From Cyanothece sp. SIO2G6 (lineage in GTDB: Bacteria; Cyanobacteriota; Cyanobacteriia; CAKZMO01), in NCBI GenBank assembly GCA_010672345.1, contig JAAHGY010000096.1:1-13521 (forward strand): DNA of 13,521 nucleotides. The letters are read 5' to 3'. Made by a program: the position numbers and the translations under genes. The notes under the pieces were generated by a model. It was given only the letters and a program-made list of their open reading frames with translations, was not told where the DNA came from and made no database searches. How positions within the stretch are numbered: the first letter of the stretch is position 1; the number at the start of each line of letters is the position of its first letter. Positions 1 through 7,202 of this stretch are shown here, piece after piece.

Positions 1-804
1 TCTGTTGCGAACCGCAACAGTGTGGTAATTGCTTTGCCTCAACCTAATGGAGTATCCCCAAAGGCAATTGTAAGTTTTCTGAATAGTAAGTTAGTTCGCT
101 TTTACTACTTGACCAGACTAAGACCTGGAGTATTAGAAGGGTCATCGAGATCTCATATCTATCCTCGCGTACTTGAGGCATTACCTTGGGTCAGGACACT
201 TGATTTAATGTCTGAACAACAGTTGGTAGAAGGCTACAACGAACTGGCTCGACTCGCAGCGATCGCCAAAAATAATCCCGATGAATGGTTACTCGCTGAA
301 GTTGAAACCCGCATTGAAACCAGTCGATACAAGTTGAGCGATCGCAATTTAGGGATCAATTTCTCCACTTGGACTCCTGATGATGTTTTGGTGACAGTAC
401 TCACCTTGGATGGTAATTTTATTCGAGCCGAATTATTTTCCCTAGACCTGGGTAATGCCGATATTGCTGAACTTGTTTATAAGCTCCTTATCCTCAATTC
501 TGATGAAGAGGCAACCATTCCTAAATCCATTATTCAGAAACTGGTTATTCCCCAAGATTACGCCAACTTAATGCAAACCTATCGGCAGAAATTAGCTGAT
601 TTTCACCAGGTTGAAGCTGATTTCTTTGCAGTGCTTCAGCAAATTGATGACACTGTTTATACAATGTTTGGTCTAGCGGATCAGAAAGCTTACATAGAAA
701 GCCGTCTCGCTAGTTTTCCACTCAATAAACTTCAGCCTCGCTATCCCTGGCAAACTGTCAAACCTAGACCAATTAAAGCGTATACGAGCGATCGTTTTGC
801 ATGA
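1..804 (+). CDS. 5'-partial CDS running off the left edge: C-terminal target-recognition region of an N6-adenine DNA methyltransferase, type IIG R-M enzyme or BREX PglX-like enzyme (TaqI-C/Eco57I-type specificity domain)
   Basis: Frame 1 is open from base 1 (tct gtt gcg aac cgc aac agt GTG...), so the GTG at 22 in the ORF track is probably internal. The pattern ...IVSFLNSKLVRFYY...SHIYPRVLEALPW... and the tail ...IDDTVYTMFGLADQKAYIESRL match my recollection of the TaqI-like C-terminal specificity domain. No catalytic motifs (NPPY, FxGxG) fall inside the window, so the call rests on the specificity domain alone. Confidence 0.5.
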   Translation, partial: SVANRNSVVIALPQPNGVSPKAIVSFLNSKLVRFYYLTRLRPGVLEGSSRSHIYPRVLEALPWVRTLDLMSEQQLVEGYNELARLAAIAKNNPDEWLLAEVETRIETSRYKLSDRNLGINFSTWTPDDVLVTVLTLDGNFIRAELFSLDLGNADIAELVYKLLILNSDEEATIPKSIIQKLVIPQDYANLMQTYRQKLADFHQVEADFFAVLQQIDDTVYTMFGLADQKAYIESRLASFPLNKLQPRYPWQTVKPRPIKAYTSDRFA

Positions 805-885
805 TGTGATCAAAAGTTCTGACCAACAGAGAGCGATTGGAGTTGTGGCCGCATAACGTTAGACGATACCCAACATACTCCATAT

Positions 886-1137
886 CTAAAAAACTGTCGG
901 CTCTGGCTCCTGGGCTTTTACAGCTTGTGTAATTGTCTCCACATCACGGTTGTGTCCAATGAAGACCAGACGAGTTTTACGGGGTTCATCGGGATGCCAG
1001 TGGCAAAGTTGCAGGAGGTGCAAACAAACAAAGTGTGCTGAGACATAGGATTTACTTGTAGGACTGCATGTTTCAAATTTCCATGAGAGTACGATAACGA
1101 TTATCATTATCATAGTATGTGCTGGTATCGGACTCAC
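886..1137 (-). pseudogene. Remnant of a CobW/COG0523 (G3E GTPase metallochaperone) gene; only the C-terminal domain is present
   Basis: The C-terminal 40 aa (...CHWHPDEPRKTRLVFIGHNRDVETITQAVK...) look like the conserved end of the CobW C-terminal domain (W..de.r.trLVFIG.nld). No P-loop GTPase domain is present. The N-terminal part (MSPIPAHTMIMIIVIVLS) looks like out-of-frame decay of a His/Asp-rich linker. Only 58 bp separate it from the divergent cysS start. Confidence 0.4.
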
Positions 1138-1195
1138 TGTGGTTTCAATTGTCTAGAACAATCCTCACCTTTTAATTTGTCCATCTCTTTCGGTT

Positions 1196-2656
1196 ATGAC
1201 TTTATCTATCTACAACACCCTGACTCGCCATAAAGAACCGTTTGCGACCATTGAACCGGATAAAGTCACAATGTATTGCTGCGGGGTGACGGTGTATGAC
1301 GACTGCCACTTGGGTCATGCCCGGTCGTACATTGCCTGGGATGTGCTGCGGCGGTATCTGCAATGGCGGGGATACACGGTGCGTTACGTGCAGAACTTTA
1401 CGGATATTGACGACAAGATTCTCAATCGTGCTAGAGCAGAAGGCGCGACGATGCAAGCGGTAAGCGATCGCTACATTGATGCTTATTTTCGAGATATTCA
1501 ACGACTGAACATTCTGGATGCCAGTGAGTATCCCCGTGTGACAGAGCATATCCCTGATATTCACGCTCTAATCCAGGGACTCGTAGAAAAAGGCTATGCC
1601 TACGCGACCGATGGCGATGTCTACTACAACGTGGAGCAGTTTGGGGATTATGGCAAGCTCTCTGGACGACAGCTTGAGCAAATGCAGGCGGGTGCAGGGG
1701 GACGAGTTGATCCGAATGATCCAGATCGGAAGAAGCGAAACTCCTCTGATTTTGCCCTATGGAAATCGGCCAAGCCGGATGAACCTGCTTGGGAATCTCC
1801 TTGGGGCATGGGCCGACCAGGATGGCACATTGAATGCTCCGCGATGATCTGGGCACGATTGGGCGAAACCATTGATATTCATGGGGGTGGAGGTGACCTG
1901 GTGTTTCCTCACCATGAAAACGAAATTGCTCAATCAGAAGCGTTGACCGGGCAACCCCTCGCTCGCTACTGGATGCACAACGGTATGGTGACAGTGGGGG
2001 GAGAGAAGATGTCCAAATCCCTGGGCAATTTCACCACGATTCAAGCCTTGTTGGATGGGCAGTGGCCTGATTATCCCCAGCCCGTTGCGCCGATGGCGAT
2101 TCGTCTCTTTGTGTTGCAAGCGCACTACCGCAAACCGCTGGATTTTACTCCGATGGCGATCGCCGCCGCTGAGAAGGGTTGGCATACCTTAAATTCTGCG
2201 TTAACCGCAGAATTGCCCTCCCATGAGCTATCTGGGAATACCCTGGAGGCTGAATCGGTTCAACGATTTCAAGCGGCGATGGATGATGACCTCAATACTG
2301 CCGCTGCGTTGGCGGTGCTGTTTGAATTGGCGAAGTCAATTCAGCGCGAAGTGAACCGCCGCACCCACCAATCGACTCGGCAACTATCGGACCCCCAACT
2401 GATCACCACCTGGCAAACGTTAAGCCAACTTGCCAGCGTCCTGGGATTAGAAGCTCAGCCAGAATCCACAGCTTCCTCCCCAGATTCGTCCCTGGATCTG
2501 GATGTTGCTTGGGTAGAAACGTTGTTGCACCAGCGCCAAGCCGCACGGCAGGAAAAGCACTATGCCGAGAGCGATCGCATTCGTGATGAATTGCAAGCAG
2601 CAGGCATCACCGTAGTGGACCTTCCCGGTGGCAAAGCAGAATGGCACCGTTCATAG
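1196..2656 (+). CDS. cysS: Cysteine--tRNA ligase (class I aminoacyl-tRNA synthetase)
   Basis: 486 aa. The N-terminus is MTLSIYNTLTRHKEPF. It carries the class I HIGH motif (HLGHARSY), the KMSKS motif, and the Zn ligand context (YCCG, WHIEC, HGGGGDLVFPHHENE). Length and order are typical of bacterial CysRS. Confidence 0.97.
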   Translation: MTLSIYNTLTRHKEPFATIEPDKVTMYCCGVTVYDDCHLGHARSYIAWDVLRRYLQWRGYTVRYVQNFTDIDDKILNRARAEGATMQAVSDRYIDAYFRDIQRLNILDASEYPRVTEHIPDIHALIQGLVEKGYAYATDGDVYYNVEQFGDYGKLSGRQLEQMQAGAGGRVDPNDPDRKKRNSSDFALWKSAKPDEPAWESPWGMGRPGWHIECSAMIWARLGETIDIHGGGGDLVFPHHENEIAQSEALTGQPLARYWMHNGMVTVGGEKMSKSLGNFTTIQALLDGQWPDYPQPVAPMAIRLFVLQAHYRKPLDFTPMAIAAAEKGWHTLNSALTAELPSHELSGNTLEAESVQRFQAAMDDDLNTAAALAVLFELAKSIQREVNRRTHQSTRQLSDPQLITTWQTLSQLASVLGLEAQPESTASSPDSSLDLDVAWVETLLHQRQAARQEKHYAESDRIRDELQAAGITVVDLPGGKAEWHRS

Positions 2657-2669
2657 CAGGGAGAGGATA

Positions 2670-3743
2670 ATGCAGGTTAAGCCGTTGCTGGCCGAACAAC
2701 TCCGGCTCACACTCTCGGAATATGTCACCGCGATCGCCTGGTCGCCGACGGGTAACTGCCTGGTTGCCGCCACTGGCAGGGGTGAAATCCAATATATTCA
2801 GGATTTCACCCCTGAACAACTCCAGGCTCCGACCGAACAATCCATTGATGCGATCGCATTTTCAGCCGATGGTCGTTGGCTGGCAGCAGGAGGACAAGCA
2901 GGCTGCATTACCCTATGGAAGCTGCCGTTACAACCGCTGATCGGTCCTGCCCACACCTTAGATTGTGGCTCGACCTGGATTGAGCAGATCAGTTGGCATC
3001 CCATCCACCGCTACCTGACATTTCCCCAGGGCAAAACTCTACGAATTTGGGATGCAGAACAAGCAGAAATCGGGCGGGAGATCGAACTGACAGAGCGCCC
3101 CCAGACTATGCAGTGGTCTCCAGCCGGGGATGTGTTGGCGATCGCGTTCAAAACCAACGTCCAAATCTGGCAGCCACTCCAGAGCGCTGAGCCACTTTTT
3201 CAGTGGGAACTCACCGCGACCCCTTTTACCCTCAATTGGTCTATCGATGGTAATTATCTTGCCTGTTCTATTTATGATAGAAGTGTCGGTATTTTGCACT
3301 GGTCTAAGTTGCGCCATGCCAACCTAGAGGCTCCCGATCCCCAAGATTTGCCCGTTCAGATCCGGGGGTTTCCCGGAAAAGCTCGTGCCCTTGCTTGGGC
3401 CGATATTCCCGATAGTGATACATCCCCGATGCTGGCCGTTGCAACCCGCGAAGTGGTGGCAATGTGGTTGTTCGTTCCAGAAGAGGGATGGCAAAACTGG
3501 GTCCTGGATTTGCACAGTGAACTAGTTTTAGACATCGCATTTCAACCTAAAACCGGAAGGCTCGCGTCTTTATCGGACGATGGCTGGCTCATTCTTTGGC
3601 AACTGGCGATCGAAGCGGAGCAGATCTTAGAAGAGGCCGCAGAGGGGTTTTCTTGCCTAGCATGGCATCCATCAGGACAATGGCTAGCGGCAGGTGGGCA
3701 ACAGGGAGAACTCCTGATTTGGTCACTCGCTCCAACAACATGA
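2670..3743 (+). CDS. WD40-repeat (beta-propeller) protein
   Basis: About eight repeats of the type AIAFSADGRWLAAGGQAGCITLWKL, MQWSPAGDVLAIAFKTNVQIWQ and LAWHPSGQWLAAGGQQGELLIWSL. I prefer the ATG at 2670, which is preceded by GGAGAGGA (2660..2667). The track's GTG at 2628 would overlap cysS by 29 nt. Confidence 0.85.
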   Translation: MQVKPLLAEQLRLTLSEYVTAIAWSPTGNCLVAATGRGEIQYIQDFTPEQLQAPTEQSIDAIAFSADGRWLAAGGQAGCITLWKLPLQPLIGPAHTLDCGSTWIEQISWHPIHRYLTFPQGKTLRIWDAEQAEIGREIELTERPQTMQWSPAGDVLAIAFKTNVQIWQPLQSAEPLFQWELTATPFTLNWSIDGNYLACSIYDRSVGILHWSKLRHANLEAPDPQDLPVQIRGFPGKARALAWADIPDSDTSPMLAVATREVVAMWLFVPEEGWQNWVLDLHSELVLDIAFQPKTGRLASLSDDGWLILWQLAIEAEQILEEAAEGFSCLAWHPSGQWLAAGGQQGELLIWSLAPTT

Positions 3744-3752
3744 GGTTCCGGT

Positions 3753-3782
3753 GCCATGAATATAGTTGCCATGAACATAGTT
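3753..3782. repeat. Tandem 15-bp direct repeat (gccatgaaTatagtt / gccatgaaCatagtt)
   Basis: Read directly from the sequence: copy 1 is 3753..3767 and copy 2 is 3768..3782, 14/15 identical. It starts 10 nt after the WD40 stop codon. It overlaps a possible -35 (TGAACA, 3772..3777), with TATAAA at 3794..3799 as a possible -10 for the 62-aa ORF. Confidence 0.85.
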
Positions 3783-3855
3783 AAAAATCATGATATAAAC
3801 CTGCTATTGAGTCCTTTGTAAAACGAGTCTAAACATCCAATAGGAGATTCAGAAA

Positions 3856-4044
3856 ATGACAACCATCCAGCATTATGCAACAAACTATATCGAAAATGCC
3901 AAGGTGACTTTGATTACTCCATTACAAGTAATAGAGGCAAAATCAGTGGAGTACTGCATTTCCAGCGGGTATGTCAAAGTGGTCACTCAAGATGACCGGA
4001 CGTTGATTACCCACATTAGTAATGTGGTGATTGAAGTAACCTGA
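3856..4044 (+). CDS. Small hypothetical protein (62 aa)
   Basis: ATG start preceded by a good Shine-Dalgarno AGGAG (3842..3846, 9-nt spacer). The stop is followed immediately by a 7-bp stem-loop. The sequence (MTTIQHYATNYIENAKVTLITPLQVIEAKSVEY...) looks beta-rich and belongs to no family I recognise. Confidence 0.5.
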   Translation: MTTIQHYATNYIENAKVTLITPLQVIEAKSVEYCISSGYVKVVTQDDRTLITHISNVVIEVT

Positions 4045-4247
4045 TGTGGCAAGGGCAATGTCCTTGCCTTGATGATGGTGGTGTAGCTGTCTGGTCGTTC
4101 CATGCCAGTTTCACCCCTGGAAAGTCGCGATCGCTTTTATTGGAGGGCAGAAGGGCGGAAGTGCTGAATGGGCTGCAAGCTGGGATTGCTGGCCCATTCC
4201 ATCAAGCCTTTGTGCAGGAGTTGGTGGAGCGATCGCTCCTTGAATGA
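4044..4247 (+). CDS. Doubtful 67-aa ORF, hypothetical or a remnant of native sequence
   Basis: The ATG overlaps the previous stop (TGATG), which could indicate coupling. However, the stem-loop at 4048..4068 lies inside its first codons, there is no Shine-Dalgarno, and the protein has no recognisable features. It contains two HIP1 copies (4127..4134, 4229..4236), so the DNA is native-like. Confidence 0.2.
   Translation: MWQGQCPCLDDGGVAVWSFHASFTPGKSRSLLLEGRRAEVLNGLQAGIAGPFHQAFVQELVERSLLE
4048..4068 (+). terminator. Stem-loop just after the 62-aa ORF (GGCAAGG-n7-CCTTGCC); possible terminator without a real U-tract
   Basis: Perfect 7-bp inverted repeat at 4048..4054 and 4062..4068 with a 7-nt loop. 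It starts 4 nt after the TGA stop at 4042..4044. Only TT follows, so intrinsic-terminator status is uncertain. Confidence 0.25.
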
Positions 4248-4737
4248 AGCCTGTTAGTTGAGCCGCAAACCCTGAGTGTGCGATCGCCCATCAGCAAAAC
4301 TATACCTCTCTTGAATGCCCTTGGTCATACGCCCCATCTGGAAATTTGGGGGCACGTCCTCTTTCAGATTTAAATATCCCAATTTCAAGCGAATCGCCTA
4401 CTCCAAATGACTCATAGCCCCAAGGTTCATCTCCCTTGAATGTGATATTTTTCGTGGATCTTATCTTAAGAGTTGTAAATCTATGCCCTATCTACTGAGC
4501 AAGATGTGTTACCCCAATGGCCTTGAACTGAGTGGTGCGGCAAACGTTTTCGGCAAAATGGTCAACTTTTTATCTCGTAGCATTCACTCTAGTGAATTGT
4601 TAGGTTTCCAAATGTTTGTGGGCATTAGTTTGCGTGGACGCATCTGCCCACTATACGGTTTGTACTCAAAAGCTTGTACTACTAGTCCAACTTGCAAGAT
4701 TATTTGAGTGCACTTCTGAACAAGAGGAAGTTGTCCA

Positions 4738-5904
4738 TCAGGCATCACCCTTGAATCGCGCTTCTGGCAGATCCTTAAAGGCATCACCAACACCTACCCA
4801 TATCTGGTTTGAAAATAGGGTTGGTTGCTCTCCATGCGTTGGATCGGGTATGGGTATGGGAGGGTAATTGCCCCTCACGCCCAAGAAGAATACGCGGCGT
4901 CTCTTCTGCGGTGCCCCGTAGTCAGCCGCGTTCAGGAGGTTCACATTAACTGTGTAGCCTATATCCTCTATAGAGTCCTGTATTTCCTGGTAGAGCTTGC
5001 CCCCACCAACTCCCCGTAGGTTACTTACATTTTCTAAAATGAAGAACCGTGGCTGCATTTTTTCAATGATCCTCAAGTATTCTCCAATAAGTTGTCCACG
5101 CGGATCGTTGATGTGTTTCTGGCGACCACATTGACTAAAGGCTTGACAAGGTGGCCCCCCATAAAGAATATCAGGCAGAGTATCGTGATTGCTATACTTT
5201 TGCCAGAAGCCAATTGGGTCGTCCAACTGCTGAATGTCGGATAGAACAACAGAACAACGACTTCCATACCAGCCTGATAGGGTAGAAACAGCATCTTCCC
5301 AAATATCCGAAGCCAAAAGGGTGCGGATTTTATACCCTTTGTACTCAGCTTGATCGGCCCCGATATCTAGACCACCCGCTCCAGAAAAAAGAGACATGGC
5401 AGTTAAGTCTTTGTTTGCGAGTCCCTGCTTATAAGCATATGCCAGAACTGCCTGGAAAATAGCCTTACCAAGCGGCACAGGAACAGCATTGCCAACCTGC
5501 AACTGCGTGCTTGTCAAGGTACCGTAGAATATTAAGTCGTCGGGGAAGCCCTGCAAGCGTGCAGCTTCTCGAACCGTAATGTACCTGTTCTCTGTCGGAT
5601 GGACAAACTTGTTGAAGATATAGGCCGTAACAGTTAGAGAGGGCTTCCGAGGATCTAGACGAATGATCCTCATATTCGGTCCTCCTTTACGATTAGGATC
5701 TTCCTTAAGATAGTAGCGGAACGACTCGTGCCATAGCTCCTCAGGAAGATCTTGCATCTTCTGCCCAATCTTGAGTGCGTCGATCCTTGCCTGGACTTCC
5801 GGGCCAACTTTCCTTGCTATGTGGTTCTCAGCAGCTTGGAAATGCTGTCGGCGGCTCTTTATTTGTTTTTCAGGTGAAGTTGAAGAGATTTGCAACCCAC
5901 TCAT
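4738..5904 (-). CDS. DNA (cytosine-5)-methyltransferase with circularly permuted motif order (IX, X, then I, IV, VI, VIII)
   Basis: 388 aa. Order of motifs in the translation: RYITVREAARLQGFPD (motif IX, aa 107-122) and QVGNAVPVPL (X, aa 136-145), then SLFSGAGGLDIG (I, aa 171-182). These are followed by GGPPCQAFS (IV, catalytic Cys, aa 249-257), FILENV (VI, aa 288-293) and QKRRRVFFLG (VIII, aa 333-342). The ATG at 5904 overlaps the upstream ORF by 35 nt. Confidence 0.93.
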   Translation of the reverse strand: MSGLQISSTSPEKQIKSRRQHFQAAENHIARKVGPEVQARIDALKIGQKMQDLPEELWHESFRYYLKEDPNRKGGPNMRIIRLDPRKPSLTVTAYIFNKFVHPTENRYITVREAARLQGFPDDLIFYGTLTSTQLQVGNAVPVPLGKAIFQAVLAYAYKQGLANKDLTAMSLFSGAGGLDIGADQAEYKGYKIRTLLASDIWEDAVSTLSGWYGSRCSVVLSDIQQLDDPIGFWQKYSNHDTLPDILYGGPPCQAFSQCGRQKHINDPRGQLIGEYLRIIEKMQPRFFILENVSNLRGVGGGKLYQEIQDSIEDIGYTVNVNLLNAADYGAPQKRRRVFFLGVRGNYPPIPIPDPTHGEQPTLFSNQIWVGVGDAFKDLPEARFKGDA

Positions 5905-7105
5905 CCCTCGCTATTGATTTTGTAAACGATATAATGCCATCGAATAGATTGTACAGGGGCTTGTCCGGATCTAGGTCTCGTCCAAGATGAACCCCAGTGT
6001 CCTTCTCTGAAGTCCAAATAATATCTCGCACTGCCTCCAGATATTCATCGAAATGACGCACGGCATGAATATTCGACAACAACCCAGTCTTAACGTGGAA
6101 ATGGGTAACATCGGGCTTCAATTCAGCACTAAGTTTCAGAACTTGGTAGGTTCCTTTCTTAATGTCATCTGTCCGATCCATACCGACGCTAGTCTTGCTA
6201 TCGCTCACGCTCTCATATCCAGATGCACCACGTCCACGGCTGGGCCAATTATCAGGTAATGGAAATGGCTGACCGCAGGCGTTAGTAAACCAATAGATGT
6301 TGTCACTGCGATTTTTTTCTGAGTATGCGTCTAGGGCACGAATCCAGTAGGACGAGAAGGTCTTGAAGAAGTCCTTGTTTGACGTAACGAGATTAAGCAT
6401 GGCTGCTTGGCTCCATCCATCACTGCCTGGGGTTCCGTAGACATAGGTCTTGTGTGACCAGCCATCTCCATCGGCTTGAGGAATGAAGAGACTGATGGGT
6501 GTGTGTCGTAAAGCAGTATGATCAGTTTCCGTGTGCTCCATGCCTATAATCTCACCATCTTCAGCTAGTTCCGTCAGCTCATCACTTTCAAACACGAGTG
6601 GAAGAGTAGCCAAAGGTGCAGCCTTTATTTCGGCAAACAAGACGGTTTTGGTGCCAGCCTCATAAGTTACGAGGTCTATCGGTTCTTTCCCCTTGAAAAC
6701 TTGAACATTCCGGCCATGCCGTACGAACAGGCGTTCATAGAACAAAGCAAGCCATCGACTGGATGCACGACCAATCACTCCGCTCTGAGGCTTATTGGCT
6801 TTGTGGAAAACAAAGATGTCATTCAGGATACACCGAGGGCATATATTAACGTAGGGATAGAGCATCATCGGGGGATGCGTCGGGCAATATAGCCATCCTC
6901 TATTTGCTACTAACCCATAGTATTCAGACATGATGCACATATCAAAGGCCATCGCTAGAGCGGTACCCACGCCAATGTCGGTTTCTTCAGCGTGGGTGTA
7001 GGCTGCTTCAATAAGTGTGTCGCAGAGCATTACATCATTGGGGCTAGCAACAATACTTGTCGCTGTGTCGAGTATGGCTTGTACTCGCTCATCGAACTCG
7101 TTCAA
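5870..7105 (-). CDS. Uncharacterised 411-aa protein; candidate PD-(D/E)xK restriction endonuclease partner of the m5C methyltransferase
   Basis: Long ORF co-directional with and overlapping the methyltransferase gene. It has the motif EPIDLV-x12-FAEIKAAP (P142, D144, E159, K161; nt 6623..6682) and the cluster CPTH-x11-CPRC (C74, H77, C89, C92; nt 6830..6886). The start is a TTG at 7105 with AGGTGAG 8 nt upstream. The next in-frame ATG is at codon 26 (7030). I recognise no family. Confidence 0.8.
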   Translation of the reverse strand: MNEFDERVQAILDTATSIVASPNDVMLCDTLIEAAYTHAEETDIGVGTALAMAFDMCIMSEYYGLVANRGWLYCPTHPPMMLYPYVNICPRCILNDIFVFHKANKPQSGVIGRASSRWLALFYERLFVRHGRNVQVFKGKEPIDLVTYEAGTKTVLFAEIKAAPLATLPLVFESDELTELAEDGEIIGMEHTETDHTALRHTPISLFIPQADGDGWSHKTYVYGTPGSDGWSQAAMLNLVTSNKDFFKTFSSYWIRALDAYSEKNRSDNIYWFTNACGQPFPLPDNWPSRGRGASGYESVSDSKTSVGMDRTDDIKKGTYQVLKLSAELKPDVTHFHVKTGLLSNIHAVRHFDEYLEAVRDIIWTSEKDTGVHLGRDLDPDKPLYNLFDGIISFTKSIARDEWVANLFNFT

Positions 7106-7142
7106 AACATCATCTCACCTAAAGGTTATGTCCATTACCATT

Positions 7143-7202
7143 CAGCAGATCTCAGTAACTCAACACCAGATTCACTGGATAATGCCATTATGCAGCAGAT
7201 CT
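7143..7202. promoter_or_regulatory. Two copies of CAGCAGATCT, 50 bp apart, upstream of the 411-aa ORF; possible operator/promoter elements
   Basis: Exact 10-mers at 7143..7152 and 7193..7202, each containing the palindrome AGATCT and each preceded by CCATTA. They lie 38 to 97 bp upstream of the TTG start on the minus strand. Confidence 0.3.

Noticed and set aside
805-885. Possible bidirectional terminator between the convergent ORFs at 804 and 886
   Set aside because: I could identify no convincing G+C-rich stem followed by a T-tract.
1202-2647. Several 60-140-aa ORFs inside or antisense to cysS (1202..1564-, 1431..1856-, 1596..1847+, 1648..1872-, 1934..2185-, 2447..2647-)
   Set aside because: They lie entirely within a confidently identified, motif-complete cysS gene. 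They are shadow frames of G+C-rich coding DNA with no Shine-Dalgarno and low-complexity, Arg/Pro-rich products.
2628-2669. GTG start at 2628 for the WD40 gene (track coordinate)
   Set aside because: It would overlap cysS by 29 nt. The ATG at 2670 has a strong GGAGAGGA Shine-Dalgarno at proper spacing. The extension cannot be excluded without N-terminal data.
2607-3784. Many overlapping or antisense ORFs within the WD40 gene (for example 2722..2940+, 3039..3317-, 3304..3540-, 3542..3778-)
   Set aside because: They are shadow ORFs of the WD40 reading frame, which shows clear repeated WD motifs. None has independent support.
4483-5019. ORFs 4483..4707+, 4584..4793-, 4616..4867+ and 4825..5019+
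   Set aside because: They have no ribosome-binding sites, overlap each other or the 3' end of the methyltransferase gene, and give implausible low-complexity or Cys-rich products.
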